A stretch of 64,000 nt of DNA from Phoronis australis (lineage: Eukaryota > Animalia > Phoronida): NCBI GenBank assembly GCA_002633005.1, contig NMRA01000291.1, forward strand, positions 62,001-126,000, given 5' to 3'. The notes beneath the pieces are model-generated. The model ran no database searches. It saw nothing but the letters and a program-made list of their open reading frames with translations, and was not told the DNA's origin. A program made the translations under genes and the position numbers. Of this stretch, positions 38,879-52,258 are shown one piece after another; within the stretch, counting starts at the first letter, position 1, and the number at the start of each line of letters is the position of its first letter.

Positions 38879-41251
38879 CTTTTTTCTTTATCTGACCTTA
38901 AGAATTCCACTTGTTATTTGAGTGTCATGTTGGAATCATTCACTTAAACATTGAAACAAGCTTATAGATAGCAAAAGGAATTTAGTACCAGACAAACTTT
39001 GAAAGCTTGACTACGGGTATCTGAACCTGCAAGATTTGCAATTGAGGACGAAATGTGGCATAGCACGTCCGGTCATTCAGAAAATTTAGTTTTGTCACAA
39101 AACTGAAAATGTTGCCTTGGATAGGATAAAAAGTTTCACATTTAAATTGGCAATTGTCCACCATAACAGTTTCCACTAAACCAGTATTGTAAGTTGTTTA
39201 ATAGCTTGGACACAAAACTGATTTCTGTACAATACATAGAAGAGGCGTGAGAGTCAATATCAATAAACAGTTGAACAGGCCTGTGGACATCGCACATCTG
39301 GTGCACCAAAGAGGTAACAGGTCACCTGCCTCTACTTGTGTGTTCTAGGTCTTGAGTTTCACAGGATGACCGAGCAAGACATATAGGTGTGAAAACCAAG
39401 CTTCACAAATTTTCAACAAGCAGTTTCTAAGTGCAGTTATATGCAGCTGAATGACAATGTAATACCCGCCTTTTGACACATGACTGGATCTCAGTAACGC
39501 ATGTTTCTTAATATGATTAATCTATTCACTTTCAAGGCAACTGCTAATTAAAGAATAATACAAAGAGTAACACAATGTTGTATATTCAATACATTTGCAA
39601 TATAAAATAAAAATCATAAAACAGCAGTTTTGAATCGACTGTACAACACATTCTAGTCAATTAATTCCTGTCACTAGTACAACACTTCAGATATATCGCA
39701 TTGCAAATAATCATCACTGAAGCAAATAGATAATCCAACTTTAATTATTACATTCAGGCATAAAGGTAATCCAATTTGTAATGTGCCCCAGTAACTCGGT
39801 ATTACTACCAATACATGCTTCCACTAGATGAGTGAAGACATCATTTTGGGGCTCGCATGGGGTAACTAGTCAGCATAGTGGCTTAGAATTTTGTGGGGAC
39901 AGTTGTAAAACATGAATGACCTTCATACACAATAAGCCTTTTGAACTTAACATGCAAGGCCAGGGAAACGGAGATATAAATTTTCCATTTTTTGCCAAAA
40001 TACTGGTTTTTAATAGTACAGTCTTAGTTTTAAATTACAGTTTTTAATTTTGATGCAGAAATTTTTACAGCAGATATTTTTCTGAAAAAATTTCTCGTAT
40101 AAACCTTGAAAACCCAAAGGTGACGAGGACGCGGCCATTTTACTGCGCTTTGCCAAATCTTAGCTGTTCACGAGAAATGTGATTGGCTGCTGGGTCAGTG
40201 ACGTCATATTCAATGAACCAGAAAGCGGGATATACTCTTTGGATGTATAGAAGACTAAGCCATGAATCTCAGTAAATTTGCTGATCCGATGTCGGATTCG
40301 AAAATCATCAACAAAACGTCAAAAGTCAAATTTAAATGGGATTGGTTGGAAGAAAAAGATCAAAGCTAATTTTCTTCCCGATTTCATGCAGAAACTTTTC
40401 AAGAACAGCGTAGCTAGATGGCTAGATACAGTGTAGCGGTGCATTTGACTCCAGTATATTTCATTGTCAAGAAAAAACTTAGTTATTTGGGAGACAGCCA
40501 AACAACCCATTTTAGGTGCAATACGCTAGCTACCCTTACCTGACCTCTGCTGTTTGAGAAGATGAAGAAAAAGTTCAGATTTTTTCAGACAATGTCATTT
40601 ACATCCCTGGTGAAAGTAGTTCTTTGTGAATCCTGCTCATAGTCATACAACTGTCCCAGTTGGACTGTGTAACTAAACAGAGCTCAACTAAAGGTCCTGG
40701 TTGGGAAGATAATTATCCCTATGAATTCTGAAAAGGCAAGCCTGGAATGATTTCAGGAGTTTATGACTGCAGAAGAAATGGCTTAAACTGTTGAAACCTG
40801 AATGAGTGAGTAAACTAAACTAGATCCTCTGGCGACATAGGTCAGAGACAAATGCTATGGTAATTCTCAACAGGTTCAAATGAGTGATAACAGAGTTTAG
40901 TCGGTATCGTGTGCCTAGGGTATCTTACATTGAGTAATAATGGATGCCTGCATGTGCCTAAAAGCCCCTTACCATTGATTGGTGTTAGCATGTTGGGTGG
41001 AGGATCATTAAGGTACTTACAGATTCGGGTAACCAAGATCCATGTACAAGTAGGGGGAGCTGCAATCACAATACAAGCAACAACTAGGACACTGATGTCT
41101 TGAATTCATCCTTTTAAGTGTCATAAATATTTGCCACACAACTTATGGGATCGCTCCGTACTACATTGTGTTGTGTAGTATCTTACCACAATAACATCAT
41201 TTAATTATCATCAAAGTCAAGACATAATTCCTTGAGACCACAGACACATTA

Positions 41252-41472
41252 CTACTGCATGGTAAGTAAAGCGGTGATGGTACTTTCTTTATTGCCCCTG
41301 TTGGCTTCTAATACCGACTTGATGACTTCATTGTCCACATTGGGGAACATGTCCTTTATTTGCTGTATGTCTTCCTCAGTACACTGATAGGGCTGGCGAG
41401 GTGGTGGCACCCCACCCTGTTGATGAGGAACCATGCCCTGTTGAGGTGGGACCACAGAATAGACCTGTTGAC
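41252..41472 (-). CDS. TOLLIP: Toll-interacting protein, last exon (CUE domain)
   Basis: ...[41 protein letters not shown], with the CUE MFP and LL motifs. Confidence 0.95.
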
Positions 41473-42872
41473 CTAGAAACAAAAATGGGCGGAGTTAACG
41501 CGTGAAAGTGTTAATAAGAATGCTAGTGAAGCAAATTGTCACTCTCGGAGAAAGACTTACTGTTGGTTTGTTGGTTGGTGGTATGTAACGTGTTGATATG
41601 ACCAAAGATAACTTACATAGTGCATTTCATCTACGTCAGCTGCAGTTTACAGTCTAAATGTCTAAAGATCTTCAGTAAGCTACAGGCAAAATGTAGTATT
41701 TTAGCATCACAGAATGTTAAAATTCATCCAAATATTTCAGAGCATAGCACACATACATTTAGCAAGACAGATCAATCTCATGCCAGACAAGTACAAAAAA
41801 GCTATTATAAACAAAACAAAAAAAACACTCAAATATTGCAAGGAAAGTAGAGCTGTTATCTGGAGAATACTGTTCCATTGGCAATAGAGAATTCTCGAGT
41901 AGGGACTCTATGATATGTTTGTCCGAGTATTCTTGAATTTTCTCCAAGACTTTAAAATGAGATCATAAACATATGCCCACACATCGCATCCATCAACAAT
42001 TCTGAATACAGTCTCGCATTGTTTTGACTTTGTGCAAAATTAAATGCAATATTATCTAAGATTTACTGTGTTAGAAATCAAGTTCACAGAACACTAAACA
42101 ATCTGCTTTGGTGCTGTAGTAATATAAGGCTTTGGAATGATCTCGGTAAAATGTGACCAAAACAAGATTTTGCACTAAGTTATTGCCATTAAAAACTACA
42201 TTCCTCCTCGGTTAATTTATCTTAGTTACTGCTGGGAAAACAATGCCGTTAGTCCCTTATTCTGTAGTGTAGTTTCTGGAGCAATCGTATCAGTCAACTT
42301 TGAGGGCCATGAAATCAAGCGCTATCTGTTGGCCAATCTCTGTTTTCGGTCCAATGTTCTTTTTTTCACAAGGCAGCACACAGTTCACAACAAATTCCCA
42401 GAAGTGGTGGCACCCCCATTAGTAGTTTTGAGTACTAAACACCCAGTAAACCGAAATTCTCCAGAAATTTTGTTTCTGTGAAGTTGTCATCATCAACCAA
42501 AAGATTTCACTTTGCAAACCAAAGTCAAGCAAATGTCATATGTCCAAGCGTACTGTTTTGAAATCTTTGTCTGAATTCACTTTGTAACAAAAGCCGAAAT
42601 GCGAAGTAAGAAAATGAGGTCAATCAGATTGTGTTTCTTTTAAACAGTCGTAACAGACAAGAAAGCTGTCATTTGAATGTTTGTGATGCAGAAACATAAT
42701 ATGGTTTGATGTGATAGATTTTGGTTTAAGTTTCATTTCAAGAGGACCGCAAATAGAGTTGTGACTGTAAATTGTGAACTCCGCTTAAATTTCCAATTAT
42801 TACCCACATCCTTCACTAGCTGGTTTAACATTCAGTCATAAACAGCTAGCTGCTGGCTACTTTGACCCATAC

Positions 42873-42981
42873 CTGGTGGCACTGTATAGTACCCTGGCAT
42901 CATGCCTGCTGGGCCTGGTACCATCATCATTGGTGGCTGTTGGTAGACAACTGTAGGGGGCGCTGTAGGCGCCTGGTACTC
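42873..42981 (-). CDS. TOLLIP: TOLLIP exon (Pro/Met-rich linker)
   Basis: EYQAPTAPPTVVYQQPPMMMVPGPAGMMPGYYTVPP, phase 0-1, canonical splice sites. Confidence 0.85.
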
Positions 42982-43627
42982 CTGAAAATACAAAAATATA
43001 CGATTTTACTTGCATATTTTTATGCCTAAAGCTATTGGTTGAGATAGCGGTGACAGAACTGGGGATTTTTTGAAGTATAGACAGATTTTGTGTTTACCTC
43101 AGTAGAATGGAGACATTCTCAACCAATTGTGTTAAGAGGATGATATCTAGTGTCAGAGACAAATGCGTAGATCAGAGAACAAGACCAACAGGTACTACTA
43201 CGTAGTAATATGTCACATAATAAGCACACAATATGGCAACAAAATTTATTATTGTAATTATATTTTGTCAAATTTCCCCGCAAAAATTAGGCTTAAGAAA
43301 ATTTTGCTCAGTCTACTACTATGGTTTGTACAGTCCTATTGAAATAAAAGCACTATCAATTTTTTTCTATGTGGCATGGTAATCAACCAGTGAAAAACAG
43401 AAAAATGAGAATTCCCGCAATTGTTTTTTTGAGAGAAATATCAGAAGAATAACCAATGTTGACAAGACCCAAGACCTTTTTATTTGCCTTGCATGGTTCA
43501 TCTTAAGTTGTCCGGACTGCCATCCTGACATCAGTACATAATACAACAGACACGCACCACTCAAAAGAAGACCATTGTCTGTTCACCTAAAAATGGACCA
43601 AGTTTGAATGAACGGTTGATAACTTAC

Positions 43628-43780
43628 AGAGAAAGAGAAGATGAGGTTGAGCATGCCCTCCTTGTCCTCACCCTGGCGTCCAGTCAATGCGTACCAATCC
43701 TCGTGGGTCTCGCCATTCAGGGAAGCCTGGGAAATGGGGATGTGAGCCCAGGCAATCCTGTCATCGATCGAGAACTGGCG
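43628..43780 (-). CDS. TOLLIP: TOLLIP exon (C2 domain, C-terminal part)
   Basis: RQFSIDDRIAWAHIPISQASLNGETHEDWYALTGRQGEDKEGMLNLIFSFS, phase 0-0. Confidence 0.95.
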
Positions 43781-44732
43781 CTAGAAGCAGTGAGGGAAAA
43801 CTATGTTAAATGCCTATGAACACCACGAGTACGTATTGATCCGTATATCTATTATGTAGGTTCTTATTTATCCTCTTGTCTTCTGCACTATTTAATTATG
43901 TGATATTCTACACAGAGAAGAAAGTCACATTATGATCATTCTTAATCTTTCTTCATGTCACTGCATGGCACAATCACTTCAATTTCACAAAAATGAGAAA
44001 CTATTTTTGCCATTATCAGTTTACTAGCACAACAGATGAAAGCTTGAAGTGAAAGAGGATGTGGGAGTTGACAACCATAGTGTAAGGGTAAACCTCCTTG
44101 ATGGATACAAAAAATAATCATAAACACCCACAACTCAACAAGCGTAAATTTACAATGCTATTAGGTAGTATCAACGGGTTTAACAATAAAACAAAATATC
44201 AGGATCGTCGTCATTAGAAAATTGGGAATTCATGGACACATAAACACAAAGTGTGGTAACAACCAACACGTCAATTTAATATGTTACATTTTGCAACATG
44301 TACATATTACACAGAAATATAGAGACAGGTCTAAACGTGGTACATCCCACAAAGCAATTCCATCGTCATGAGAAAACTCACCTCAAGGAAACAGTAGCAC
44401 TGAGCCAGAGCAATATTTAATCAAGTAAATGCAGTCTACCCATCTCCATTGGAAAAGGAAGAGAATAGGAACAGCAAAAGAAATTTATTCCTACAAGTCA
44501 GGTGTTTTTAAGTAAAACAATACACATGTAGAAACATGGATAACTAACCAGTAACAGCATATCAAGGTAGATTCTAAAAATAATAAAAATCCTTGAAAAT
44601 ATCATTTTTAACTTTCAACGTTTTAGCATCTTCAAACAAAAATATCACAGAATGAAGGCCTAGTGAAGTTTTCATTGCGATTGTGATTTATTATTTAATT
44701 ACATATTGAAATTAAGGTGTTACAAAACTTAC

Positions 44733-44781
44733 CTCGTCAAATATTTCAACATAAATTGAGTCAACCCCAACAGGCAAATAA
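44733..44781 (-). CDS. TOLLIP: TOLLIP exon (C2 domain)
   Basis: YLPVGVDSIYVEIFDE, phase 2-0, donor GTAAGT. Confidence 0.92.
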
Positions 44782-46527
44782 CTGAAAAGATTAACAAATA
44801 CATTTGAATAGACACAGCACAGACCCTCTGTCAGCTATAAGCAAAACCCCCCTCAATATCTGTTTTTGTTCAACATTTCGCTACTTTAAATTTGACAGAA
44901 ATTCAAGTTTTTTGAATTTTGAATTTTCATTTTTCACAATTTTAGATATATTTACAGCATTTAAATGAAAAACAAACACTGCCACTTATTAACAAAATCT
45001 CAAGCACAACACTTAGTTTTAGGAAACCAATTTTTAGTGTTTCATTAAAGGAGAATGCCACCCAATTTAACTAGTCTTTTTTGCCGTCTTAATCGGTCAA
45101 TATCCACATCGCCTTGCAGGCGGTCGACCTTACCTTGCCGAGAGGTGTCGCATTAACCTGTGAGGAAGGTGAGAAACAACGCAGCGACGTCAGTGGTTCA
45201 TTTGCAGAGTTCATGCTGCTATGTTGCGGTGCATCGTTCCGGCTTGTCCGAACGATGGAGCTGCGAAGAAAGCGGGTATATCGTTTTTTCGACTTTCTCG
45301 AGAGTCCGAAATGCTTAGGAAGTGGCTCGCGGTAGTGAGGAATTAAAAGTACGCTGTAAATAGCAAGTATGAGGCCGTGAAACATCTCCGTGTCTGTGGC
45401 CTGCAGTCGTCGCGGGACAGTGGCTGACGAATGCCAGCTTACCAAATAACTATCCATACGTTCCGTTGACGGTCTGAGCTTGTTCACGGAGCCTCTCTAG
45501 TATTTCTTCATCACTGTATTCCTGTTCGAACTGATAGCCTGTGAAACTTAACGATCCACCTGCGAAGTCTTCGTTGGGATGAGCTCTCGTCTAAGTCGGG
45601 ATTACGCGGAGTTGCCGCCAGTGTTGACGTTTATTACTGAGCGTTCTGTTTCAAAATGAACTATTCTCATCCTTATACCAATACTTTTTACAACTGAAAC
45701 AAAGTGTGTCTCATTAGATGCAATTTGGAATGCCTTAGGAGTGTTCGTGAGTGCAAATGATTTGAGAAGCCAGCGATGAATAAATCCCTGCGTTAACGGC
45801 TTTATGTGTAATAAAACTAATTGACGGGACACCGGGGCCGTGTGAGCTCATGCTAATTCAGTGTTTGATGACAGAAACTGTTGTGAGACAATTCGATTTC
45901 TATTCACCTATTTCACGAAAGCGCCATCTTCCCGCGCCATCTTTAAATACTGATCGAAAACGAGGCACACTGATAAAACGTCGTGAGTGATCATCAGCTG
46001 GCCATGATGGTGCACTGTGCAGTGCCTGAACGTACCAATTCCAGTAATAACTCGTCGGTATCCTTCCCAGGGATATACTTAGCCACTCGCCCAGTCACTA
46101 ATGAGAGTAAAAATGGTGCTGGGCGAATAGAAGTTGACTTGCCGGTGGCCCAGGTGGCGAGCGAATTTCAGAGCGCAAAAGCACTATATATCGTTTCCCA
46201 GATGAATATGAATAATTTTCCTCCTCCCTGTGCTGTTTTTTATCATGAATTTAAGGTTCAGTTTGGTCATCGTGTCGATGCTCTGGCAGTAAAAAACATC
46301 AGCGCAGTGCGACCCTACCGATTCAGTACATGTCACCCGTTACGCGATTTGTCAAAAAAACAGTGTGTGATCGTGCACAAAGAACTTGTGGACTAGTCCG
46401 AAACGAAGAAAAGGGGAGAAAGGTGGAAGACCGATCCATGTGCTCATAGCAAATGAAATACCATATTTCTTGGAACTGATTTCTTATTGTAATGTACAAT
46501 GTCATTTTAGCCAAAATTATTTTTATA

Positions 46528-48040
46528 ACATACGTCCTAATAAGCGCCCATGCCCCTATAAGCGTCCCCACTCGTTTTCAGAATTCGCTAAAACAAGCGC
46601 CCAGTCCATGAATGTGTATATATTAGTGCGAAAAAATGCCTTACCTCACAGTTCTAAAATTCTACAGTAATGTATTCAATTTATCAATAATATCCGACAG
46701 TCCTGAAAAATCATTGTGCGCGGAATTTCTAGTAGACCACGAGCCTCGCCGCTATGTCGGTATTTAGCCGTGGCTGTACAATTCAAACTGTTCCACAGCG
46801 CTTCAAAAAGAACGCAAAAGATTTGCTGATCTTGCGAGGAAATTGTCACACAATATGGTCTGGCCCTTCAGAACAGACGCAGCGTACTGGTAACGGGATT
46901 GGCCGTATTGTATCTTTCCCGTACAGATCTTCTCCCACAACAGGAATCCAGGGCCCGGTCTCTAAACTTTGTACTCGAAACAAACTTGAAACTATTTTTG
47001 TCAATTTATCTGCTCCTTTTGTGCGAACTTAAGATAATTGGTTATCAGACTGTGCTCGAATTCATTATAGTTTATGCATAGGAGTTTCTAGTTCAAGTTT
47101 GCCCTTGAAGACTCTTATATTCGTGCTACAAACTCGAGTAAAAACTCAAACTTTCGAGTTCAAACTCGAATTTATACTTTAATATTGGGTTTACAAACTG
47201 TGAACTAAGGGCAATAAATTATCTACGTAAGTTATTGTGTACTCGAGCATAGAATAATAGACACTTATCTTGATTTCGCCCAAAAGTAGAGTAGAAAATG
47301 CCAAAACTAATTTCGAGTTCCATTTCGAGTAAAAAGATTGGAGACCGTGTCCAGATTGCTTTGTACACGTCAAATTATAAAAACCGCGAATCGAAACTTG
47401 GCCAAGAAGCGCGCTAGGGCATACATATAATATGTGGGCCTGCTCAATGAGATAAATATAACTATATATACAGCTCATTGGGCCTGTTACTCTGGCAAAT
47501 GAACACTGATGACACGCACGCGCTCGCTCACTCGGTGCACACCTGTTGACTCACTTCAATACAAACGTCACGTAACAACATATGTGTTCGCCCAGATTTG
47601 TCTCGTTGCGGGGTGCGATCTAGCGCAGATTTTTACTTAATTTGCTTTTGGCCCGACTCCGAGTCCATCGGAACTTAGAATCTTAGGAAAGGCTATTTGG
47701 AAAACTTAAGGAGGATTTCAGGTAATTTGAGTCGAAACTATTTTTACTCAAGAATTCAAGTTGTCCTATCGACGATTGCAAAGCAGCGACGCATCACTGA
47801 GTCGGCAAGTTTTCGCCCTGGGATTTCAGCACATTTTTTAAAAAGATCGTAATTTAACAACAGAGTTTGATAGCAATGCACCACAGTTTTGTAGACAGTC
47901 TGTCATAGGTTACACATACGTCACAGCAAGTAAATTTGATGAATCCTAGCTTCCGAGATTTCACCCGTTTCGGAGACCGGGTTTTAACCGCCGTAGGCTA
48001 CAAAAAGCGTCCCCCTGGGCGCTTATTAGGGCGAATACGT
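46528..48040. mobile_element. Nested layer 4: pogo/Tigger-like MITE with TA TSD
   Basis: TA|ACATACGTCCTAATAAGCGCCC ... GGGCGCTTATTAGGGCGAATACGT|TA. Confidence 0.75.
46952..47351. mobile_element. Nested layer 5: Harbinger-like MITE with CAG TSD
   Basis: CAG|GGCCCGGTCTCTAAACTTTGTACTCGAAA ... TTTCGAGTAAAAAGATTGGAGACCGTGTC|CAG, with internal ACTCGA/TCGAGT repeats. Confidence 0.75.
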
Positions 48041-49379
48041 TAGCCCTAATAGAGGGTGACATCAGTGCACGAAACGATGATTTTTATAGGAACTAGCAGC
48101 AAGTTTGTGGTGACTGGCTCCAACGGCCGGGTGACTGAACTTCGGGCTGGGCGAGTAGATTTTCTGGCTCCGGCACTCGCCCAGCTGGAGAGCAGGGTTT
48201 TTCAAGACTAAAAGCCTGGGTATATCCCTGACTTCCACACTTTTCCAAAAGAGGGAAAACTACGAAGGAATGGCTGAGGAGGGTAAAAGTCTAGTTGCCG
48301 TGCGTATTGGTATGTTTTTTGGAGATCGATTCAATATCAGACAACTTGATTTTTGGTAACGTTGATAAGTCTTTTGACCACACACCACCTTGCAGGACGA
48401 TGCCATGTTTGTCAAGGCGCCTCGTTTTCGATCAACACGACAGCAGCGCCCCGCGTTCGTGAAATAGGTGAATACCACGGCCAGGTGTTAGGGAATCTTT
48501 ATTTACATTTACATTATTCAAATAATGATTGTCAATGTAAAACTTCTGCGGTGACAGTTCTGTGGCCATAGCGGAACCCAGTGTCTTCGCGGCCCCCGAC
48601 GACTAGTAAGTAGATTTGCAGTTTCGTGGCCAATTCACCAAAATAATCACGTGCACTTTACTTCTTTGGTTCACTAGTATTTCTTGACTGGAAGTTTAGT
48701 TTCCAACTTTGGATGGTTTATGTTCGTGATGTCTGATCGGCTTCCGAGCCACTAGCTGGGATAACGAGTGGTACCGCCTGCCGCGACGGGCCCGATCGGG
48801 TTCCCAGCCACTGGCCAGGATAATAATCGTTTTGTGTGTTTAGAACTAAAAAATAACAAGGCTAAACAACACAGATCTAGGTTCTCCTGTATCTCATGGA
48901 AAAATACTTAGAATTTATCTCCAAACAGACCCCAAACTCCTGTTACGGACCTTATTAGCCTACCAAACTACCGCTACGGTGTGTCCACACACCAATAAAT
49001 CCGGAACAGCGAAATAAAACAACATGTTTTTATAAGAACTCGGTGTATTTTTAAGGGTTTTACATCGACGTTTGATGATTTATTGGTGTTAAACGACGAA
49101 TTTAAGCAATAAGCTGACACCAGTAACCCGTGTTGTGAACTGCTGAACAGATTGCGTGTGAAACCAATTACGTCATTGGATAATTTCAACACCTCCGTCT
49201 GCCGTCAGGTGTCAGGTAACGCAACCGTACGTGCCCTTATGGAGTAGAACTACTCGATCTAAATTAATACAAATTAGGTTGTTTTTGGGGTGGCATGCTC
49301 CTTTAACGTAAGTAAAATAATCATTTCTAACACAATAAGCATCAAGTACTATTACAGGATATACTGAAAACGAACCTAC

Positions 49380-49513
49380 CAGCAGATGGTTTTATTCCAG
49401 CGAGGGTTTTTCGCTCCATTGTGAGCTGTGGGTGTTTCAAAAACAGCATGACCAACACGGAATCGACAGTAAGGGTCCATCTTGGTAATGCCATAGTTTT
49501 TCGCAAGCTTGGC
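49380..49513 (-). CDS. TOLLIP: TOLLIP exon (C2 domain, N-terminal part)
   Basis: [44 protein letters not shown](C), phase 0-2. Confidence 0.96.
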
Positions 49514-49900
49514 CTGAAATTCAGGTAGAATTACATCCAAATTCTACACATGTAAACTCGGCACCACAGTGTGGGAATTCCAAATACCATGATTGAGAAC
49601 TATTAGTTTTATTTTTCCAATATCAACTTGAAATAATCGTGACTTTGGTAACATGGTTTTTAGTTAATAATAGTCCAATTGTAAGCAAGTTCAAATGTGA
49701 AAATCCATGGCTCCACTTTTTCCTACTCATGAACACTGGCCCAATCTGAACAGGAGCCTTGAAAACAAGAGTAATACACGTGTAATGCAATGTGTTGAAA
49801 TGCATTGCAAACCGTATACTTCTAAGGATGTTAATTAGTATCACTTAATATATAAAATAAAAAGGCACTATGGTGTGCAGCATTAGCCCAATCTGTAGGA

Positions 49901-50556
49901 AACAAGGCAAGTGTTGTCGTTTCCTTTGTAGAAACTTTTTTGCCAAACTTCGTGAACATCCATTAACCTGAAGGAACTTGGTAGATATAGAGCCATACAC
50001 AACGAAAAGAAGCCTAAATTGCCACTAGGGGACGCCGCAGCAGCTGGCCTCATCCCAAAATCAACTTCATGTGTACTCTCTCCAACTGGAACACATATTC
50101 TATTGAGTTCTCATCTCAGTAGGAACATATTATGTAAAATTTTTTAATGATCCTTTAAGCGGTTTGACTGATAGAAATGCGCATGTCAACAATAGATACA
50201 AAAATAGTAAAATAGCCACAAGGAGGCTCAGTGTATGTATAATCTGTCTGAAAATGGAAAGCTGACATCATCTCTATAATAGAAACCTATCGGCTTAGTA
50301 ACTTCATGAAAATCTGTCAAGTAACTCCATGGATACAGATGGTAACAGAAACAAAATTTAATTGTCATCATGGAGCAAAGAGGTAGTCATGTCCGTCTGA
50401 AAATTTGCTTGTGACATCCTCTCCAAGATGTATTAAATTTTCACAAACATCCACCGTAGGATTTTGAAGGTACAGTAGTGGACACCAGACAAAATGGCGG
50501 CGTGAAAATGAGAAGAAATTTTACCATAGGCAGAGTTCTCCCTGTCGCACCATAAT
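49901..50556. mobile_element. Decayed Helentron/HINE-like interspersed repeat
   Basis: Begins AAACAAG, has ~3 diverged internal subrepeats and CAAAATGGCGGC near the end, and ends CCATAA. Same general layout as 21392-21845. Confidence 0.35.
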
Positions 50557-50814
50557 TCGGTACATGTAGGATAAACATCGATTGGTTTACACTGTTTGCA
50601 CAATGCCTTCCACTATCCGAGTATCAGACCATTGACTTCGCAGTCGAGCAATTCACTCTCTTCACAACAACTGATCACCCAGTCTTCAAGAACCATGATG
50701 ATGTTGTTAAACAAGATTTTTTGTCATGAGTTTTTTACCAATAAGGAGCACAGATTGGAACTGGAATTGGTAAGGAAGTTCAAAACAGATGAGAACTGTG
50801 TAGACTTAAAATAC

Positions 50815-50979
50815 CTGTGCAACTGTAATGCTTAGTCTTCCTGCTACATTTGATGAATTGACGCCAAAGCCAGCGTACTGGGTCTGCATGTATTGTGCCG
50901 CCTGAGCATCCAGCGCTACCTGGTTTGGGCCAACACCAGTAACACGGAGGAAGTCTTCAGGCAAGTCCCCTACCATGAC
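50815..50979 (-). CDS. TOLLIP: TOLLIP exon (Tom1-binding region and start of C2)
   Basis: VMVGDLPEDFLRVTGVGPNQVALDAQAAQYMQTQYAGFGVNSSNVAGRLSITVAQ, phase 0-0. Confidence 0.95.
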
Positions 50980-51643
50980 CTGCAACATAAATTGCGTGGA
51001 CGTGATTTTGTTAACACAAGATTTCCAATGCAAACTTGCTTCCAATTTCATGTTTATTTTTAGCAAATGACAGTATTGCATGTGTGCTGCTGGAAGGCCA
51101 AAAATTGTTTCTGTCCGTGTTCTGGATCCACCACCTGCATGTTGGCAACCTTTCCACCCACCACTTCGAAGACATGTGGACACCTCAGGGTCTTGTGGGT
51201 CTGACCAGAGGTACATCCTAATATGCCATACACATCAGAAGAAAACAAAAGGAAACAGGATAATGGGGAAGTCACGCGTCTACCGGTCACATTGAATAGA
51301 TGCAGCACAGATGAGGGACGAGTCTAACATTGGTTGAGTGCCAATTTTGAAAGATACATTATCTGACTGTACGGCACAACTAGATGTCACATGATTTATA
51401 GGTAACACAAGCACCACGAGATACGACATCATATCCTACCCTCCCCCCAGCACAATCAGTGTAAAAATGACCAGTTGCCAATTAGGACAACTGAACAAAG
51501 GACTGTATTGAAAAATGTTTGATTACAGGGGTATTTGCTTGGGTTGGAAGAAAATACATAGATCAACGACCTCATAAGATGTACTTCTATGCGCAAAAGT
51601 TACTGGCAACATAATTTTGATGGTTTAATCAGTGTGAGGCATA

Positions 51644-51845
51644 CTTTACCAAAAAGATTCATGCCCATGGAGAGCATATGGAATGGCCACCATCTCTACT
51701 GAGCCACATTCAGTTGAGAAGGTGGTACTGTCTAAGGCTAAATCTTTACCAAAAAGATTCATGCCCATGGAGAGCATATGGAATGGCCACCATCTCTACT
51801 GAGCCACATTCAGTTGAGAAGGTGGTACTGTCTAAGGCTAAATCT
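51644..51845. repeat. Perfect 100-bp tandem duplication
   Basis: 51644-51743 is identical to 51744-51843. Confidence 0.95.
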
Positions 51846-52258
51846 AAGTTAGTAAATAAGTAAGTAACACAGGTTTATTCCACGTCAGTACGGTTCACAA
51901 ACAGATAAAACATTAGCACTAGTTTGCCATAGAAGTTCAAGAAGAAATATACAACATTTTTTTTAAAAAAAACTATAGTACAGACTCTTACAGATAGTCA
52001 TACCACAGATAGAAAAACAAATGGACAACTTTCTTACAAAAATGTTACCCTACAATACTCGCAAGGAACTCACATGAGTCATCAAAAATGTTAATATGTC
52101 TTACAAAGTCTGATCATTTATGTTACATTATTTGAATAAATTCCACAGCATAGCACCTATTACTATACTAACTCTATGACATCATGACATTTGACAATGA
52201 ATGTAGCTGATTACATTTTTGTCCAGTTCCAGGACTGCATCTATTATAGTCCGATTAC

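Larger units (their letters stand above)
46068..48230. mobile_element. Nested layer 3: hAT-like non-autonomous element (CAGGG ends)
   Basis: Perfect 11-bp TIR CAGGGATATAC ... GTATATCCCTG. Flanks CCTTCC / ACTTCC (~6-bp TSD). Subterminal CTCGCCCAG/CTGGGCGA repeats. Confidence 0.75.
45903..48472. mobile_element. Nested layer 2: unclassified TIR element with TA flanks and a THAP remnant
   Basis: TIR TTCACCTATTTCACGAA...TGATCGAAAACGAGGC at both ends, TA at 45901-2 and 48473-4. Absent from copy A. THAP MVHCAVP..TN...SF|HTFPKEGKLR..EWL is split by layer 3. Confidence 0.78.
45049..49302. mobile_element. Kolobok-like element copy B (reverse orientation to copy A), outer shell of the nested stack
   Basis: TTAA TSD at 45045-45048 and 49303-49306. 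TIR AGGAGAATGCCACCC ... GGGTGGCATGCTCCT. Arms are homologous to 645-2380. THAP remnant runs from ATG 45221 to a premature TAA at 45344. Confidence 0.88.

Noticed and set aside
39961-40608. Possible CAGGG...CCCTG element downstream of TOLLIP
   Set aside because: The terminal match is only ~6 bp and I found no TSD.
51060-51217. Faint resemblance of MYLWSDPQDPEVSTCLRSGGW to the N-terminus of FkbM-type methyltransferases
   Set aside because: No SAM-binding D.GAN.G motif follows, and the similarity is too short to support.
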